A stretch of DNA of 48,444 bases from positions 1-48,444 of the IMG/VR virus record IMGVR_UViG_3300045988_154943; one strand, 5' to 3'. Numbering within the stretch: the first letter of the stretch is position 1; every line of letters starts with the position of its first letter. The DNA comes from a virus. Below are positions 8,673 through 17,619 of the stretch, in pieces. Made by a program: the position numbers and the translations under genes. Under the pieces are notes generated by a model, which did not search any database, was not told the DNA's origin, and was given only the letters and a program-made list of their open reading frames with translations.

Positions 8673-9305
8673 CTATTCTCCAAAATATGGGTCATCTGTA
8701 ACATCAATGTATACTGGTGTTTCTCTTTTAGGTGTATTAGTTTTCTTTTCTTTTCTTGCCCAAGTTAGAATAGTTGCATAATGGTCTTTGTATTTTACCC
8801 CCTTGCTAGCAATGTACGCACTTAATGTTTCAATGCGTTCATCTACATCATAAAATTTGTCTTTTAATTTTTGGTATTGTTCATCAGTTAAAAACACGTT
8901 TTCAAACTCTCCAAATTTTTTCTTTTCTTTAGATATATCTTTAGATATATCTTTCTTTTGTTCTTTATTATTTATTATATTATTAATACAACTTTGTTGC
9001 ATACCCCCATGCAACTTTGTTGCATAGTATGCAACAAACTTCACCCCATTAATATAGTTCTCTTTTTTCCCAATTAGGTCTTTTTCGACAAGAGATTTTA
9101 AATTTTTCATAACCCCATATTTAGTAGAATTAGTCCAATTGGCTAAATATTGTAAACTACCATTATACTCGTGATTATTTATTTGACTAAAACCATAGAT
9201 TATAGCATATATGATTAATTCGTTCCCTTTAAGATTTAGTTCATTTACCATAAAACCTTGAATACAAACGTAATTCTCATTTGCTAAAGTTGTTCTTTCA
9301 ACCAT
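8673..9305 (-). CDS. phage replisome organiser / replication initiator (DnaD-like, conserved phage C-terminal domain)
   Basis: C-terminal KYKDHYATILTWARKEKK motif of the phage replication-protein C-terminus; internal iteron and palindrome cluster. Confidence 0.55.
   Translation of the reverse strand: MVERTTLANENYVCIQGFMVNELNLKGNELIIYAIIYGFSQINNHEYNGSLQYLANWTNSTKYGVMKNLKSLVEKDLIGKKENYINGVKFVAYYATKLHGGMQQSCINNIINNKEQKKDISKDISKEKKKFGEFENVFLTDEQYQKLKDKFYDVDERIETLSAYIASKGVKYKDHYATILTWARKEKKTNTPKRETPVYIDVTDDPYFGE
8926..9040. repeat. candidate origin of replication: 12-bp tandem repeat plus two adjacent palindromes sharing the GTTGCAT/ATGCAAC core
   Basis: ctttagatatat x2 (8926-8951); GTTGCATacccccATGCAAC (8997-9014) and GTTGCATAgTATGCAAC (9019-9036) inside the replisome organiser gene. 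Confidence 0.45.
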
Positions 9306-9315
9306 ATCTCATTAC

Positions 9316-9531
9316 CTACCTTTCTTTAACTTCAAAAAAATCTTCAATTTTAGCGTCATTTGAAACGCAAGCAACTATATCTTTTGCCATTCTTCTTGAA
9401 CAACCTTTTTTTCCATTTAGGATTTCAGTTAAATAAGTGTAGGAACAAAATAGAATTTCTGTTGCTAAATAATTCATTCTTCTACCTTGAAGTACTTTTG
9501 CTACTTCTTTTTCATTGAACCAATAAGTCAT
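9316..9531 (-). CDS. small putative HTH DNA-binding protein
   Basis: 71 aa; YLTEILNGKKGCSRRMAKDIV helix-turn-helix-like segment; first gene after the internal promoter. Confidence 0.35.
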   Translation of the reverse strand: MTYWFNEKEVAKVLQGRRMNYLATEILFCSYTYLTEILNGKKGCSRRMAKDIVACVSNDAKIEDFFEVKER

Positions 9532-9564
9532 TGCTTTACCTCCTCTCTATTAGCATTGTAATTC

Positions 9565-9594
9565 AAGTTTAACATATATTTTTTTATATGTCAA
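9565..9594 (-). promoter_or_regulatory. promoter (TTGACA-18-TAAACT) with overlapping operator-like palindrome ACATATAT..ATATATGT
   Basis: Minus strand TTGACAtataaaaaaatatatgtTAAACT; perfect inverted repeat fills the spacer, immediately downstream of the XRE regulator gene. Confidence 0.5.
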
Positions 9595-9635
9595 GAATTT
9601 TACTTTAAAAAAAAAGAAGAACTTTTATTCTCTTT

Positions 9636-10430
9636 TTAATTTTCACTTTTCAAAATATAATCTATGATTTTTTCATATCTTTTTATTTTGGCTTGCATAT
9701 CTTCATATTGTTCTCTCTTAATAGAAATAAAATCCATAAATGAATTGTTGGGAATTGTTTTTGAAACTGAAATTGGTTCTTCCTCAACTAATTTTAAATC
9801 TTCCTCTGTATACAAATCATTTTGTTCGTCAACATTAGAACTTTCCATTTCAGGTTTTGCTTCAACTATACATTCTTTTGGAATTTCAAAACTGCTATGT
9901 TTACTTTCTTCAATTGGTTCGCTACATGGCATTAATGAGCCTGCTTGCGTAACTACTCCGAAACCAGATGGAGTAGTATAGTCAATATTTTCTTCTACTT
10001 CTGTTTTTACTTTCTTATTAAAATCATTTGTGAAGAATTTGTTAAGTTTGTATAGTGTCAAGAATGTTAGACTTTCATATGCACCATTTTCAATACACGA
10101 AATAACACTTTGTGCTATTCCTACCTCATTTGCTAATTCTCTTTGACTTTCAAGTCCAAATTCTTCTCTCATTTTTTTCAAGTCAATGTTTTTAAGCCAA
10201 TTTAATAATTCTATTTTTTTTATCTTTTTCTCATTTTCCGACATATTTACAAATTTCAAATATTCTTCTAAAGTATCTCCACTAATATTTCTTTCCCCAT
10301 TTTCTAATTCTTTTATTGTTTCTTCACTTACGTTTAATAAACTCGCAAGTTCTTTTATGCTAAATGCACTCTTTTTATTTTTCTTTTTATAAAAATTCAT
10401 ATTTCTTCTCTCACTTTCCTTTATTATCAA
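9636..10430 (-). CDS. transcriptional regulator with two tandem XRE-family HTH domains and an acidic C-terminal extension
   Basis: SIKELASLLNVSEETIKELENGERNISGDTLEEY and QRELANEVGIAQSVISCIENGAYESLTFLTLYKL match the HTH_XRE pattern. Confidence 0.8.
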   Translation of the reverse strand: MIIKESERRNMNFYKKKNKKSAFSIKELASLLNVSEETIKELENGERNISGDTLEEYLKFVNMSENEKKIKKIELLNWLKNIDLKKMREEFGLESQRELANEVGIAQSVISCIENGAYESLTFLTLYKLNKFFTNDFNKKVKTEVEENIDYTTPSGFGVVTQAGSLMPCSEPIEESKHSSFEIPKECIVEAKPEMESSNVDEQNDLYTEEDLKLVEEEPISVSKTIPNNSFMDFISIKREQYEDMQAKIKRYEKIIDYILKSEN

Positions 10431-10532
10431 TTCTAAGCATATTTTTAGCCTCTCTGTTGGGCTTTTGGCTATGCCCTAGACCAATTTATCATTTGAACAC
10501 TTTCGTTCAAAATAACCCCTTTAAAATGTTTT

Positions 10533-10691
10533 CTAATCATTTTGACGATTTTTCTTAATATAATCTACTATTGCTTCCCTCATTGCTTGTGAAGCAGTTG
10601 TACATTTGCTAATGGCTACTTTCTTAAATTCTTCTGCCATTTCTTTTGATACTCTTGTAATCATATTTACATCATATTTTTTGTTTTCCAC
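10533..10691 (-). CDS. ribbon-helix-helix (CopG/Arc-like) small protein, 52 aa, not in the ORF track
   Basis: GTG start 8 nt after an AAGGAGGT SD; VENKKYDVNMITRVSKEMAEEFKKVAISKCTTASQAMREAIVDYIKKNRQND has the RHH beta-alpha-alpha pattern. Confidence 0.45.
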   Translation of the reverse strand: MENKKYDVNMITRVSKEMAEEFKKVAISKCTTASQAMREAIVDYIKKNRQND

Positions 10692-10776
10692 TAATTTATA
10701 CCTCCTTTCAATTGCATACTAATTGTATCACAAATGCTATCATATGTCAATACATTTTTGCAAATAAAAAAAGACA

Positions 10777-11499
10777 TTATTTAACAATTAATGTCTCTCC
10801 TGCTTTTAAATCAATTTCGTATGTGCTATCTTCTGTAATATTATAGATGTCTTTATATGTATCTTGTTTTTTTAGTTCTTCATCTAAAGATTTTATTTCA
10901 TTTCTTAACTCTTCTATTTCTTTAGTTTGTAGATTAATTTTATCATTAAGTTCTTGAATTTCTTTCTTTTGTGTTTCTATAATTGTCTCAAGTTCTTTTA
11001 CTTTTGTATCATCTTGAGTTGGTTCTGTTGTAAAATCTTTTGGTAAATAGATAAAACCATCAAATGTGTATTTATATCTGCTTGAAGATAATTTATAACC
11101 ACTTGATTTTGTGAATTTTTGTGTATAAAATAATCTCCCTTTATAATCACTACCTGAAGCCAATATATCTCCATTATCGTAGATTTCTTCAACTATCATT
11201 ACATGCCCACTTCCATCTGATGGCTCATGTATCTTTCCACAACTCCAAACAATTACAGAACCTAATTTTGGAGTTTGCCCTTTTTGATAAGTCTTTTCCT
11301 CTTGATACCAGTTTTCAGCATTAGAAGTTTGTAATTTTGGTTTTCCACTAACTCCTAATTTATTTAACAATTCATAAAATCTACCCCATGCATATGCTGT
11401 GCAGTTAGGCATTCCATATCCACTTTTATAAAATACATTATCTTTGTAATAAAATCTATTATCTGTAGTTGGTGCAGTTAATCTTGGTTCAAATGTCAT
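10777..11499 (-). CDS. endolysin with CHAP (cysteine, histidine-dependent amidohydrolase/peptidase) domain and C-terminal coiled-coil
   Basis: Catalytic Cys context GMPNCTAYAWGRF and His context DGSGHVMIVEE; adjacent to the holin. Confidence 0.65.
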   Translation of the reverse strand: MTFEPRLTAPTTDNRFYYKDNVFYKSGYGMPNCTAYAWGRFYELLNKLGVSGKPKLQTSNAENWYQEEKTYQKGQTPKLGSVIVWSCGKIHEPSDGSGHVMIVEEIYDNGDILASGSDYKGRLFYTQKFTKSSGYKLSSSRYKYTFDGFIYLPKDFTTEPTQDDTKVKELETIIETQKKEIQELNDKINLQTKEIEELRNEIKSLDEELKKQDTYKDIYNITEDSTYEIDLKAGETLIVK

Positions 11500-11816
11500 T
11501 ATTCTCCACTCCTCTCAAGTTTCTTCACTTTCTTCATTTCACTAAATGGCTTGAATACTTTGTTTTCTAAAGCACTATACAATAAGTTAGCGTCTATCCA
11601 TGAAAAGAAACCACACCATGTGCTATAAATCCATGTTGCGTCACTAAATGATTTTGCGAATAATGTACCAATTATCATGCTTACTAAGAAACTGATTAAA
11701 AACAACCATTTTTTCTTGCTTACTTGTTCTTTTATCTTTTGCACAGTTAAGGTAGTTACACACCCACTTGCTATTGCTATAACAAGTACTTGTTTTAATA
11801 AATTCATATCTAACAT
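11499..11816 (-). CDS. holin
   Basis: 105 aa, 2-3 TM helices, charged C-terminus, ATGA-coupled to the endolysin. Confidence 0.6.
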   Translation of the reverse strand: MLDMNLLKQVLVIAIASGCVTTLTVQKIKEQVSKKKWLFLISFLVSMIIGTLFAKSFSDATWIYSTWCGFFSWIDANLLYSALENKVFKPFSEMKKVKKLERSGE

Positions 11817-11829
11817 TTTAATCCCTCCT

Positions 11830-12162
11830 TTATTCTATTTCCTCGTTCCAATATTTCTCTGCTATCTCACTAATAACATTGTGAGAATTTGCAAATAAAT
11901 CACATACGATTTCCTCGTTAAAATTCATTTCCCAACTGCAATATTCGTATATGTATATGTGCATTAATTCGTGTAGCAAAGACCTATTCATAGTATAATA
12001 GCAATTATTTACATCAAGAAATAACTTATGGTCTGAAAACCTAACGAAAGCGTATATGCTTGCGATATTAGACATATCTCCATCTTTAGAATATTCTTCC
12101 ATAATTTCTTTATGCCCAACTTCAATTATTTCCCATGTATGGTCGTTCATTTTGAATTTCAT
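11830..12162 (-). CDS. small HExxH zinc-metallopeptidase-like protein
   Basis: LHELMHIYIYEY motif, 110 aa, located between tail fibre and holin. Confidence 0.4.
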   Translation of the reverse strand: MKFKMNDHTWEIIEVGHKEIMEEYSKDGDMSNIASIYAFVRFSDHKLFLDVNNCYYTMNRSLLHELMHIYIYEYCSWEMNFNEEIVCDLFANSHNVISEIAEKYWNEEIE

Positions 12163-12208
12163 ATAATTCCTCCTTTATAATAATTATATCATAAAAAAGA
12201 GAGTATTT

Positions 12209-14200
12209 CTACTCTCCGTCAGTTTGCCATGTAAGCACTCCATTTATATTCTTTAATGTTTGTGTTTTAGTAGCGTCATAGCCTTGTATTGAAGTTAATT
12301 TGTTATCTACATAACCCTTTGTAGCAGCATGGTTAACATTTGTTGGGTTTGCTACAAATAATGGGTCGTATGTTCCTTGTGTGTTTGCTCTTACTATTGC
12401 AACTCCTCCTCCTGCTATGCCAGTTATTCTTGAAGCATTTGTAACTCCAGTTTCAATTGTAGAGCCTATATAAACTGGTGCTTCCCCATCTACATGAAGT
12501 TTTTGTATGTTTGTAATAGCATTACTATTCATATTGATATTACCATTTACATACCCACCACTTGTTTTCAACATATTAGTGTCTTGCATTGTCCATACTC
12601 CATCAGAATATAGAACAAGTACTGACCTATTTAATTCTATACTAGTAAATCTTAGTTCTGTTTCTGTATGATATTTTAATGGGTATTCATCACTTCCAAC
12701 TACTGCAATAACTGTTTTGTTTGCTGATATTGCTGCTTGTATCTCATCTATTGTTTTGTTTGCGTCATAGCCTGCAGTTTGATTTGCAGTTAAAGTTACT
12801 TTGAATACTCCATCTCCACCACCTGCACTTGCTACAGTGTCATCTACGTACTTTTTAGTGGCAGGGTGGTAATCTTTGGTTGGAGTGAATAAATCGTTGT
12901 TATCAACTGTTAAAACTTGATTTGTATTTCTGGAACTCGTAACACCATATCTGGTTGTGTAGAATTGTCTTTTTTGGCTAATGTCTACTGCAGTAATTAT
13001 TCCATCTGTTGTATTGTTTGCCGTACAACTAATTTCTAAATCGCCCCAATAATCATGCCCACCTTGTTGAGTAGCATAGACTGATGGGAATTTAAAAACT
13101 AAATAATTACTAGCCCAACTACCATGTAAAGGTGCAGATATAGCATACCATGAATATTGTTCAAAGGGACTATAACCTTGAACTAACAATAAGGGTTTCT
13201 CACCATTTCTCCATTTTTCTGCAATTTCGTTGAACATTGCTAGAGTTGCTTCGGTTGTATCATGTTTATCGTACTCCGCAGTCATTTTATAATAATATAT
13301 TTTATCGCCACCACTAATTTGAATACTACCATCAGCCTTTTTCTCATATACCCTTTTTATTTGGTTAGTTTCTGTGTCTTTTTCACAATTTAAGGCTACT
13401 AAGTTGAAAGTGTTCCCATCTTTTCTTACAGGTGAGCCTTTAAGCATAATATATGTGGTGTCCAAAGAACCAAATTGTGGTACTATAAAATGATATGTAA
13501 TATAAGAATTTGCTCCTGTAGCACCCTTTTTGACTATTATACATGGCTTTTGCCCTGCTTCCATAAGTTCTTTGATTTCATTAAACATTGCAAGTGTAGT
13601 TTCTGATGTATCTTCAAAGTCTGTGTCTCCATTGTATTCATAGTAATAAGGCATATCAAATTTGTGGTTAAATTCTTGACTTATTTCATTCATTTTAGTA
13701 TCAAAAGTGCTTTGGCTAACAAGACCACTAACTAAATCTGCTACACTAAATTTTACTTCTTCTCCACTTTGCAAAGTTAAAACTATCTCTTTAGTGCTAT
13801 CATCATAACTAGCCCCTATAACCATGCTCTCTAGTGGTAAATCTACAGAGCCTGTGCTTATTACCTCTCCTGCAGTATTCTTTAGTTCTATTGTCATAAC
13901 ATAAGTTGTATTATCTATTGATACACCTAAATTAGTACCAGTCTTGCCTTTTAATTCATAGTTTACTAAATTACTAACATTGTTATCAATGTAGCCCTTA
14001 TCATTTTCTAATTGGCTAACTTCTGTAGGTATATCTTCACTACTAGCAAAGCCAATATGCCCACTATGTTCATAGTCTAGGTTCTTTAGTTTGCTATGGT
14101 CTGTTTCTCCTCCAACATTAACTGGTGGGAAATAAGAAGTTGCTTTTATTTTTATAGGTTCTTTTTCATTCATTATTTTCACTTTTATTGGTTGTGACAT
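12209..14200 (-). CDS. tail fibre / receptor-binding protein
   Basis: 663 aa, Gly/Thr/Ser/Asn-rich beta-rich composition, last large structural gene before the lysis genes. Confidence 0.55.
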   Translation of the reverse strand: MSQPIKVKIMNEKEPIKIKATSYFPPVNVGGETDHSKLKNLDYEHSGHIGFASSEDIPTEVSQLENDKGYIDNNVSNLVNYELKGKTGTNLGVSIDNTTYVMTIELKNTAGEVISTGSVDLPLESMVIGASYDDSTKEIVLTLQSGEEVKFSVADLVSGLVSQSTFDTKMNEISQEFNHKFDMPYYYEYNGDTDFEDTSETTLAMFNEIKELMEAGQKPCIIVKKGATGANSYITYHFIVPQFGSLDTTYIMLKGSPVRKDGNTFNLVALNCEKDTETNQIKRVYEKKADGSIQISGGDKIYYYKMTAEYDKHDTTEATLAMFNEIAEKWRNGEKPLLLVQGYSPFEQYSWYAISAPLHGSWASNYLVFKFPSVYATQQGGHDYWGDLEISCTANNTTDGIITAVDISQKRQFYTTRYGVTSSRNTNQVLTVDNNDLFTPTKDYHPATKKYVDDTVASAGGGDGVFKVTLTANQTAGYDANKTIDEIQAAISANKTVIAVVGSDEYPLKYHTETELRFTSIELNRSVLVLYSDGVWTMQDTNMLKTSGGYVNGNINMNSNAITNIQKLHVDGEAPVYIGSTIETGVTNASRITGIAGGGVAIVRANTQGTYDPLFVANPTNVNHAATKGYVDNKLTSIQGYDATKTQTLKNINGVLTWQTDGE

Positions 14201-14516
14201 CTAAAAGCACCTCCTTTAAACTATCATAAATAAACTTTTGGTCTATGTATGACCCCATGATAGTGTTATTTTTGAAAAGTACTCTAACATCTAACTTTGT
14301 ATAATTGTCCATATTAAATGTTTCTTCCTCAGTAAGCCATATTTCAAAACATTGTGTTTCATTATCATAGGTTACTTCTGTACTTTCCCCATCATAAGTT
14401 TTTGTGAGTTCTCCAATATTAAATTGGACTTTTTTGACACCATTTATATCTAACACATTATCATTTTTATCAGTGATTTGTATTTGTAGATAAAATTGGT
14501 CTCCTTGCTTAAACAT
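14166..14516 (-). CDS. hypothetical tail-associated protein
   Basis: ORF overlapping the tail fibre start; structural operon context. Confidence 0.4.
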   Translation of the reverse strand: MFKQGDQFYLQIQITDKNDNVLDINGVKKVQFNIGELTKTYDGESTEVTYDNETQCFEIWLTEEETFNMDNYTKLDVRVLFKNNTIMGSYIDQKFIYDSLKEVLLDVTTNKSENNE

Positions 14517-14729
14517 AAAAATTCCTCCATTCTAAAATAAAAAAGATGTGTATAAGTCTAGTTGCGTTATTGTCACTTGTATATCTTTACTTATTTCACA
14601 TCAATTATATCATAAAATGTATTAAATTCAAAATTGGAGTACCATACCCGAATTGCACGAGTGTCTATTTGATTTGCAGTCAAATCGGCTTACTTCTTGC
14701 CTAATGGTACATATTAGGGAAGTTATTCC

Positions 14730-14942
14730 CTATATTTTCATGCTTTGTACTTCTGTATAGAACATTTCCATAAGAGTGTTTGAGATATTCATGTATTTGT
14801 TTCTCTCATCTTCAGTTTCTGCTTCTTGTGCTAACCACTTCCATTTTTTAGCGTCACAGTATAAGTCTATCACTCTCTTGGCATATCTCTTAGTTTCCAT
14901 GCACTTTTCTTCTATTTTATCATAACTTTCCATATCTTTCAC
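14730..14942 (-). CDS. hypothetical protein
   Basis: 70-aa ORF. Confidence 0.35.
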   Translation of the reverse strand: MKDMESYDKIEEKCMETKRYAKRVIDLYCDAKKWKWLAQEAETEDERNKYMNISNTLMEMFYTEVQSMKI

Positions 14943-15090
14943 CTATGTTTAATGCTAAAGACATTTGTACATAGGAATAATTTTTAATGTACATATCTAA
15001 TACCTTTATCTCATCTTCGTCTAACGTCACTTTCAATATAAAGTCATCATAGATTTGTTTAATTGATAGGTCTTTCTTCATATTTTTCAT
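14920..15090 (-). CDS. possible small sigma-70 region-4-like/ArpU-like HTH protein (56 aa), not in the ORF track
   Basis: MKNMKKDLSIKQIYDDFILKVTLDEDEIKVLDMYIKNYSYVQMSLALNIGERYGKL; the LDEDEIKVLDMY..YSYVQMSLALNIG segment resembles a region-4 HTH; weak SD. Confidence 0.25.
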   Translation of the reverse strand: MKNMKKDLSIKQIYDDFILKVTLDEDEIKVLDMYIKNYSYVQMSLALNIGERYGKL

Positions 15091-15225
15091 ATATATCATT
15101 TCCCCTCTAATGACATTTTATGTTATTTTTTGTCATATTTATAGCCACTTTTAAGCCACTTAAAGTGTGCAAATAAAAATACACCACTCGTTTAGTGATG
15201 TATTATAGCACATATTTTTATTTTG

Positions 15226-15543
15226 TCAAGATAATTTTACACCAGTTTTTTTGATTTTCCATTTTTTACTACGGTCATATAAATCATGTATATAATTATC
15301 TCCACCTCTATCAAAATATCTATTGCATTTTTCGTTGAAACTCTTGTAAAGGTAATCTTCAACAAAGTCCATTTGGTCATAGACATAAAATTTGTTTGCT
15401 AAATCAACTCTCATATCATCAAGTTGGTCTTGTTTTAAATCCTTAAATTCTTTTAAAACCTTTTTAATCATAGTTATCATGTAACCAATTATTATAGGGA
15501 TTAAATAAGAAATAATTTTTTCTATAATCAATGCTGCACTCAT
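15226..15543 (-). CDS. holin-like membrane protein (BhlA/XhlA-type topology)
   Basis: N-terminal TM helix (LIPIIIGYMITMI) then coiled-coil; positioned among tail-fibre genes as in PBSX-like lysis cassettes. Confidence 0.35.
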   Translation of the reverse strand: MSAALIIEKIISYLIPIIIGYMITMIKKVLKEFKDLKQDQLDDMRVDLANKFYVYDQMDFVEDYLYKSFNEKCNRYFDRGGDNYIHDLYDRSKKWKIKKTGVKLS

Positions 15544-15600
15544 AAAATCTTATCCTTTCATGTACATTATATTATACTATTGTTTTTTTGTCAAATTGTG

Positions 15601-17619
15601 TTACACTTCTTTTACTGTTATATGAGTTGCCATAGTATAACCTGACCCTGAGTTTAGATATTGCCCTGTGTATGATTGAATTGCAATTCCTATTTCTGGT
15701 GTAACCTCAGTTATTATAGGTGTCATAGTAAATGTTGTATAATCGTCCGCAGCACTTTTGCCAATTGCGTCTGAAAGAGCAGTGCTACCAGCAAAAAGTC
15801 TAAACCAACTTCGATTTGCAGAATACGACCAAATTTGAGCGGATATTTCAACCTTACAAGTTTTTTTTGAATATATATGTTTATCAATTAAAACCAAATT
15901 ATCTCCAATAGAAGTGTAAACACTATTAAACGGAATTAACTCATTTGCATTAACATAATATGCTCCAGAGTTTATATATGCAGTAATAGCACTTTTACTT
16001 GTAATTGGGGTAATTTCTTTGCCATTAAGGTATAATTTGCCATTAACTTGTAAACCATCATCTAAGGTTTCATCTACAATTCCGTTAATTGCATATTTAT
16101 AGCCAGTATTACTTTTAGAATAACTATCTAAAAACAGCCCATTATCTACATAACCTAATTCATAATCTGTATTGAATATAGTAGTATCATACCCATCACT
16201 TAATGCTAATTGCATATCATAATCTACACCTGCAGGCATACCACCTGATGTGCCATTATAATGTATTTGGAACCCATCTTCTATTGATATATAAATATTA
16301 TCTATACTTTGGTCTCCGACTTTTGCTTTAAATAATGCAGTTGCGTCTATCCAAACTTGGTCACCCCATGTTTCGTTAGGTCTTTTAAATCTATATTTAA
16401 AACTTGTTATTCCATTTGGTCTGTCTGTTGCAAAATTATTTTTCCATAATTTAGCATTTAAACTCAAATATGTTTCAGTGTCAACACCATTTTTTCTCTG
16501 TGTTATAATATTTGAAATTTGAGGGAGTTGATTATAATTAACAATAGTTACACCACTTTTTGTAACATAAGTGTGTTTATTCCTGCTATCTATAGCAGCA
16601 ACTATTATATTAGAACCATAATTATATTTATTTAAAGTATGGGTTACATCATCAGTATCTGAGTAAAGTTCTTCTTGATTATCTTGAAAACTATATCTAC
16701 TCATTGTAGCACCTTTATTAGCAATTGCTTTATTAGTACTACTAATAGTAATTTTTACATTGCTATAATTGTTTATAAGAATTTTACTATTATTAGTTAA
16801 CCCTAGAGTTGTAGTATTTATATCATTATAATCGAAATCTTGGAAAGTAGGATTTGCACTTTCACCAAAAACAAAATCTCCCAACATTTCATTACTACCA
16901 ATTAAATCTGTTTTGGCACTTGTCTTATAAGTCCTTACAACATATGTTAATTTTATAGGAGAAGTGGTTTCATTTGCAGATAAATTGTAAATAATATTAT
17001 ATTCATTTTCTGCAAATTCAAATGAATTACCACCCTCAACTACCCCATCAATAGTTTTGATTAATGTTCCACCACCACCATAATATATGCTTACACTATC
17101 GTAATAAGAAGATACAGATTTTTTAATTCCTACATTACCAGTACCACCATCTTCATATACCTTGATGAAAGAAATTTTACTTGCTCTTGGGATACTTGTT
17201 AATTTTAATGCACCTGTGTTAAATTCTACCGGAGAAATTGGCGGATAAGGTGATGAACTTTCATGAGAATATTTTGTAGTTACAGTCAATGACAATTCAC
17301 CATTTGTATCATGTTCTAATTCACCACTCCATTGCCCTATTATATTTGATGGTTTATTTAATGGTATAGAACTTATTTGGTTATTAACTCTTTCAATTGT
17401 TTGTCCTGTTTTTGTGTCATATGTAGAAATTGAATTATATGGACTAGATAAAGAAGCATATGAGTGTCCATTAATACCATACGCATATTCAGTAATTGTT
17501 ACAACACTTTTATTAGTATCAATATTAAAACTATCTTCTGATACTACTAATCTAAATACATAACTATTTGAAGAATAACCAACGGCTCTAACAGTTTGAC
17601 TATTATCATATAAAATCAT
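15601..17619 (-). CDS. tail receptor-binding / upper baseplate protein
   Basis: 672 aa, Ser/Thr/Asn/Gly-rich, follows Tal. Confidence 0.5.
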   Translation of the reverse strand: MILYDNSQTVRAVGYSSNSYVFRLVVSEDSFNIDTNKSVVTITEYAYGINGHSYASLSSPYNSISTYDTKTGQTIERVNNQISSIPLNKPSNIIGQWSGELEHDTNGELSLTVTTKYSHESSSPYPPISPVEFNTGALKLTSIPRASKISFIKVYEDGGTGNVGIKKSVSSYYDSVSIYYGGGGTLIKTIDGVVEGGNSFEFAENEYNIIYNLSANETTSPIKLTYVVRTYKTSAKTDLIGSNEMLGDFVFGESANPTFQDFDYNDINTTTLGLTNNSKILINNYSNVKITISSTNKAIANKGATMSRYSFQDNQEELYSDTDDVTHTLNKYNYGSNIIVAAIDSRNKHTYVTKSGVTIVNYNQLPQISNIITQRKNGVDTETYLSLNAKLWKNNFATDRPNGITSFKYRFKRPNETWGDQVWIDATALFKAKVGDQSIDNIYISIEDGFQIHYNGTSGGMPAGVDYDMQLALSDGYDTTIFNTDYELGYVDNGLFLDSYSKSNTGYKYAINGIVDETLDDGLQVNGKLYLNGKEITPITSKSAITAYINSGAYYVNANELIPFNSVYTSIGDNLVLIDKHIYSKKTCKVEISAQIWSYSANRSWFRLFAGSTALSDAIGKSAADDYTTFTMTPIITEVTPEIGIAIQSYTGQYLNSGSGYTMATHITVKEV

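Noticed and set aside
8926-8953. Tandem 12-15-bp repeats as a CRISPR array
   Set aside because: Only two adjacent copies, no spacers, and located inside a coding gene. No CRISPR-like repeat-spacer architecture anywhere in the window.
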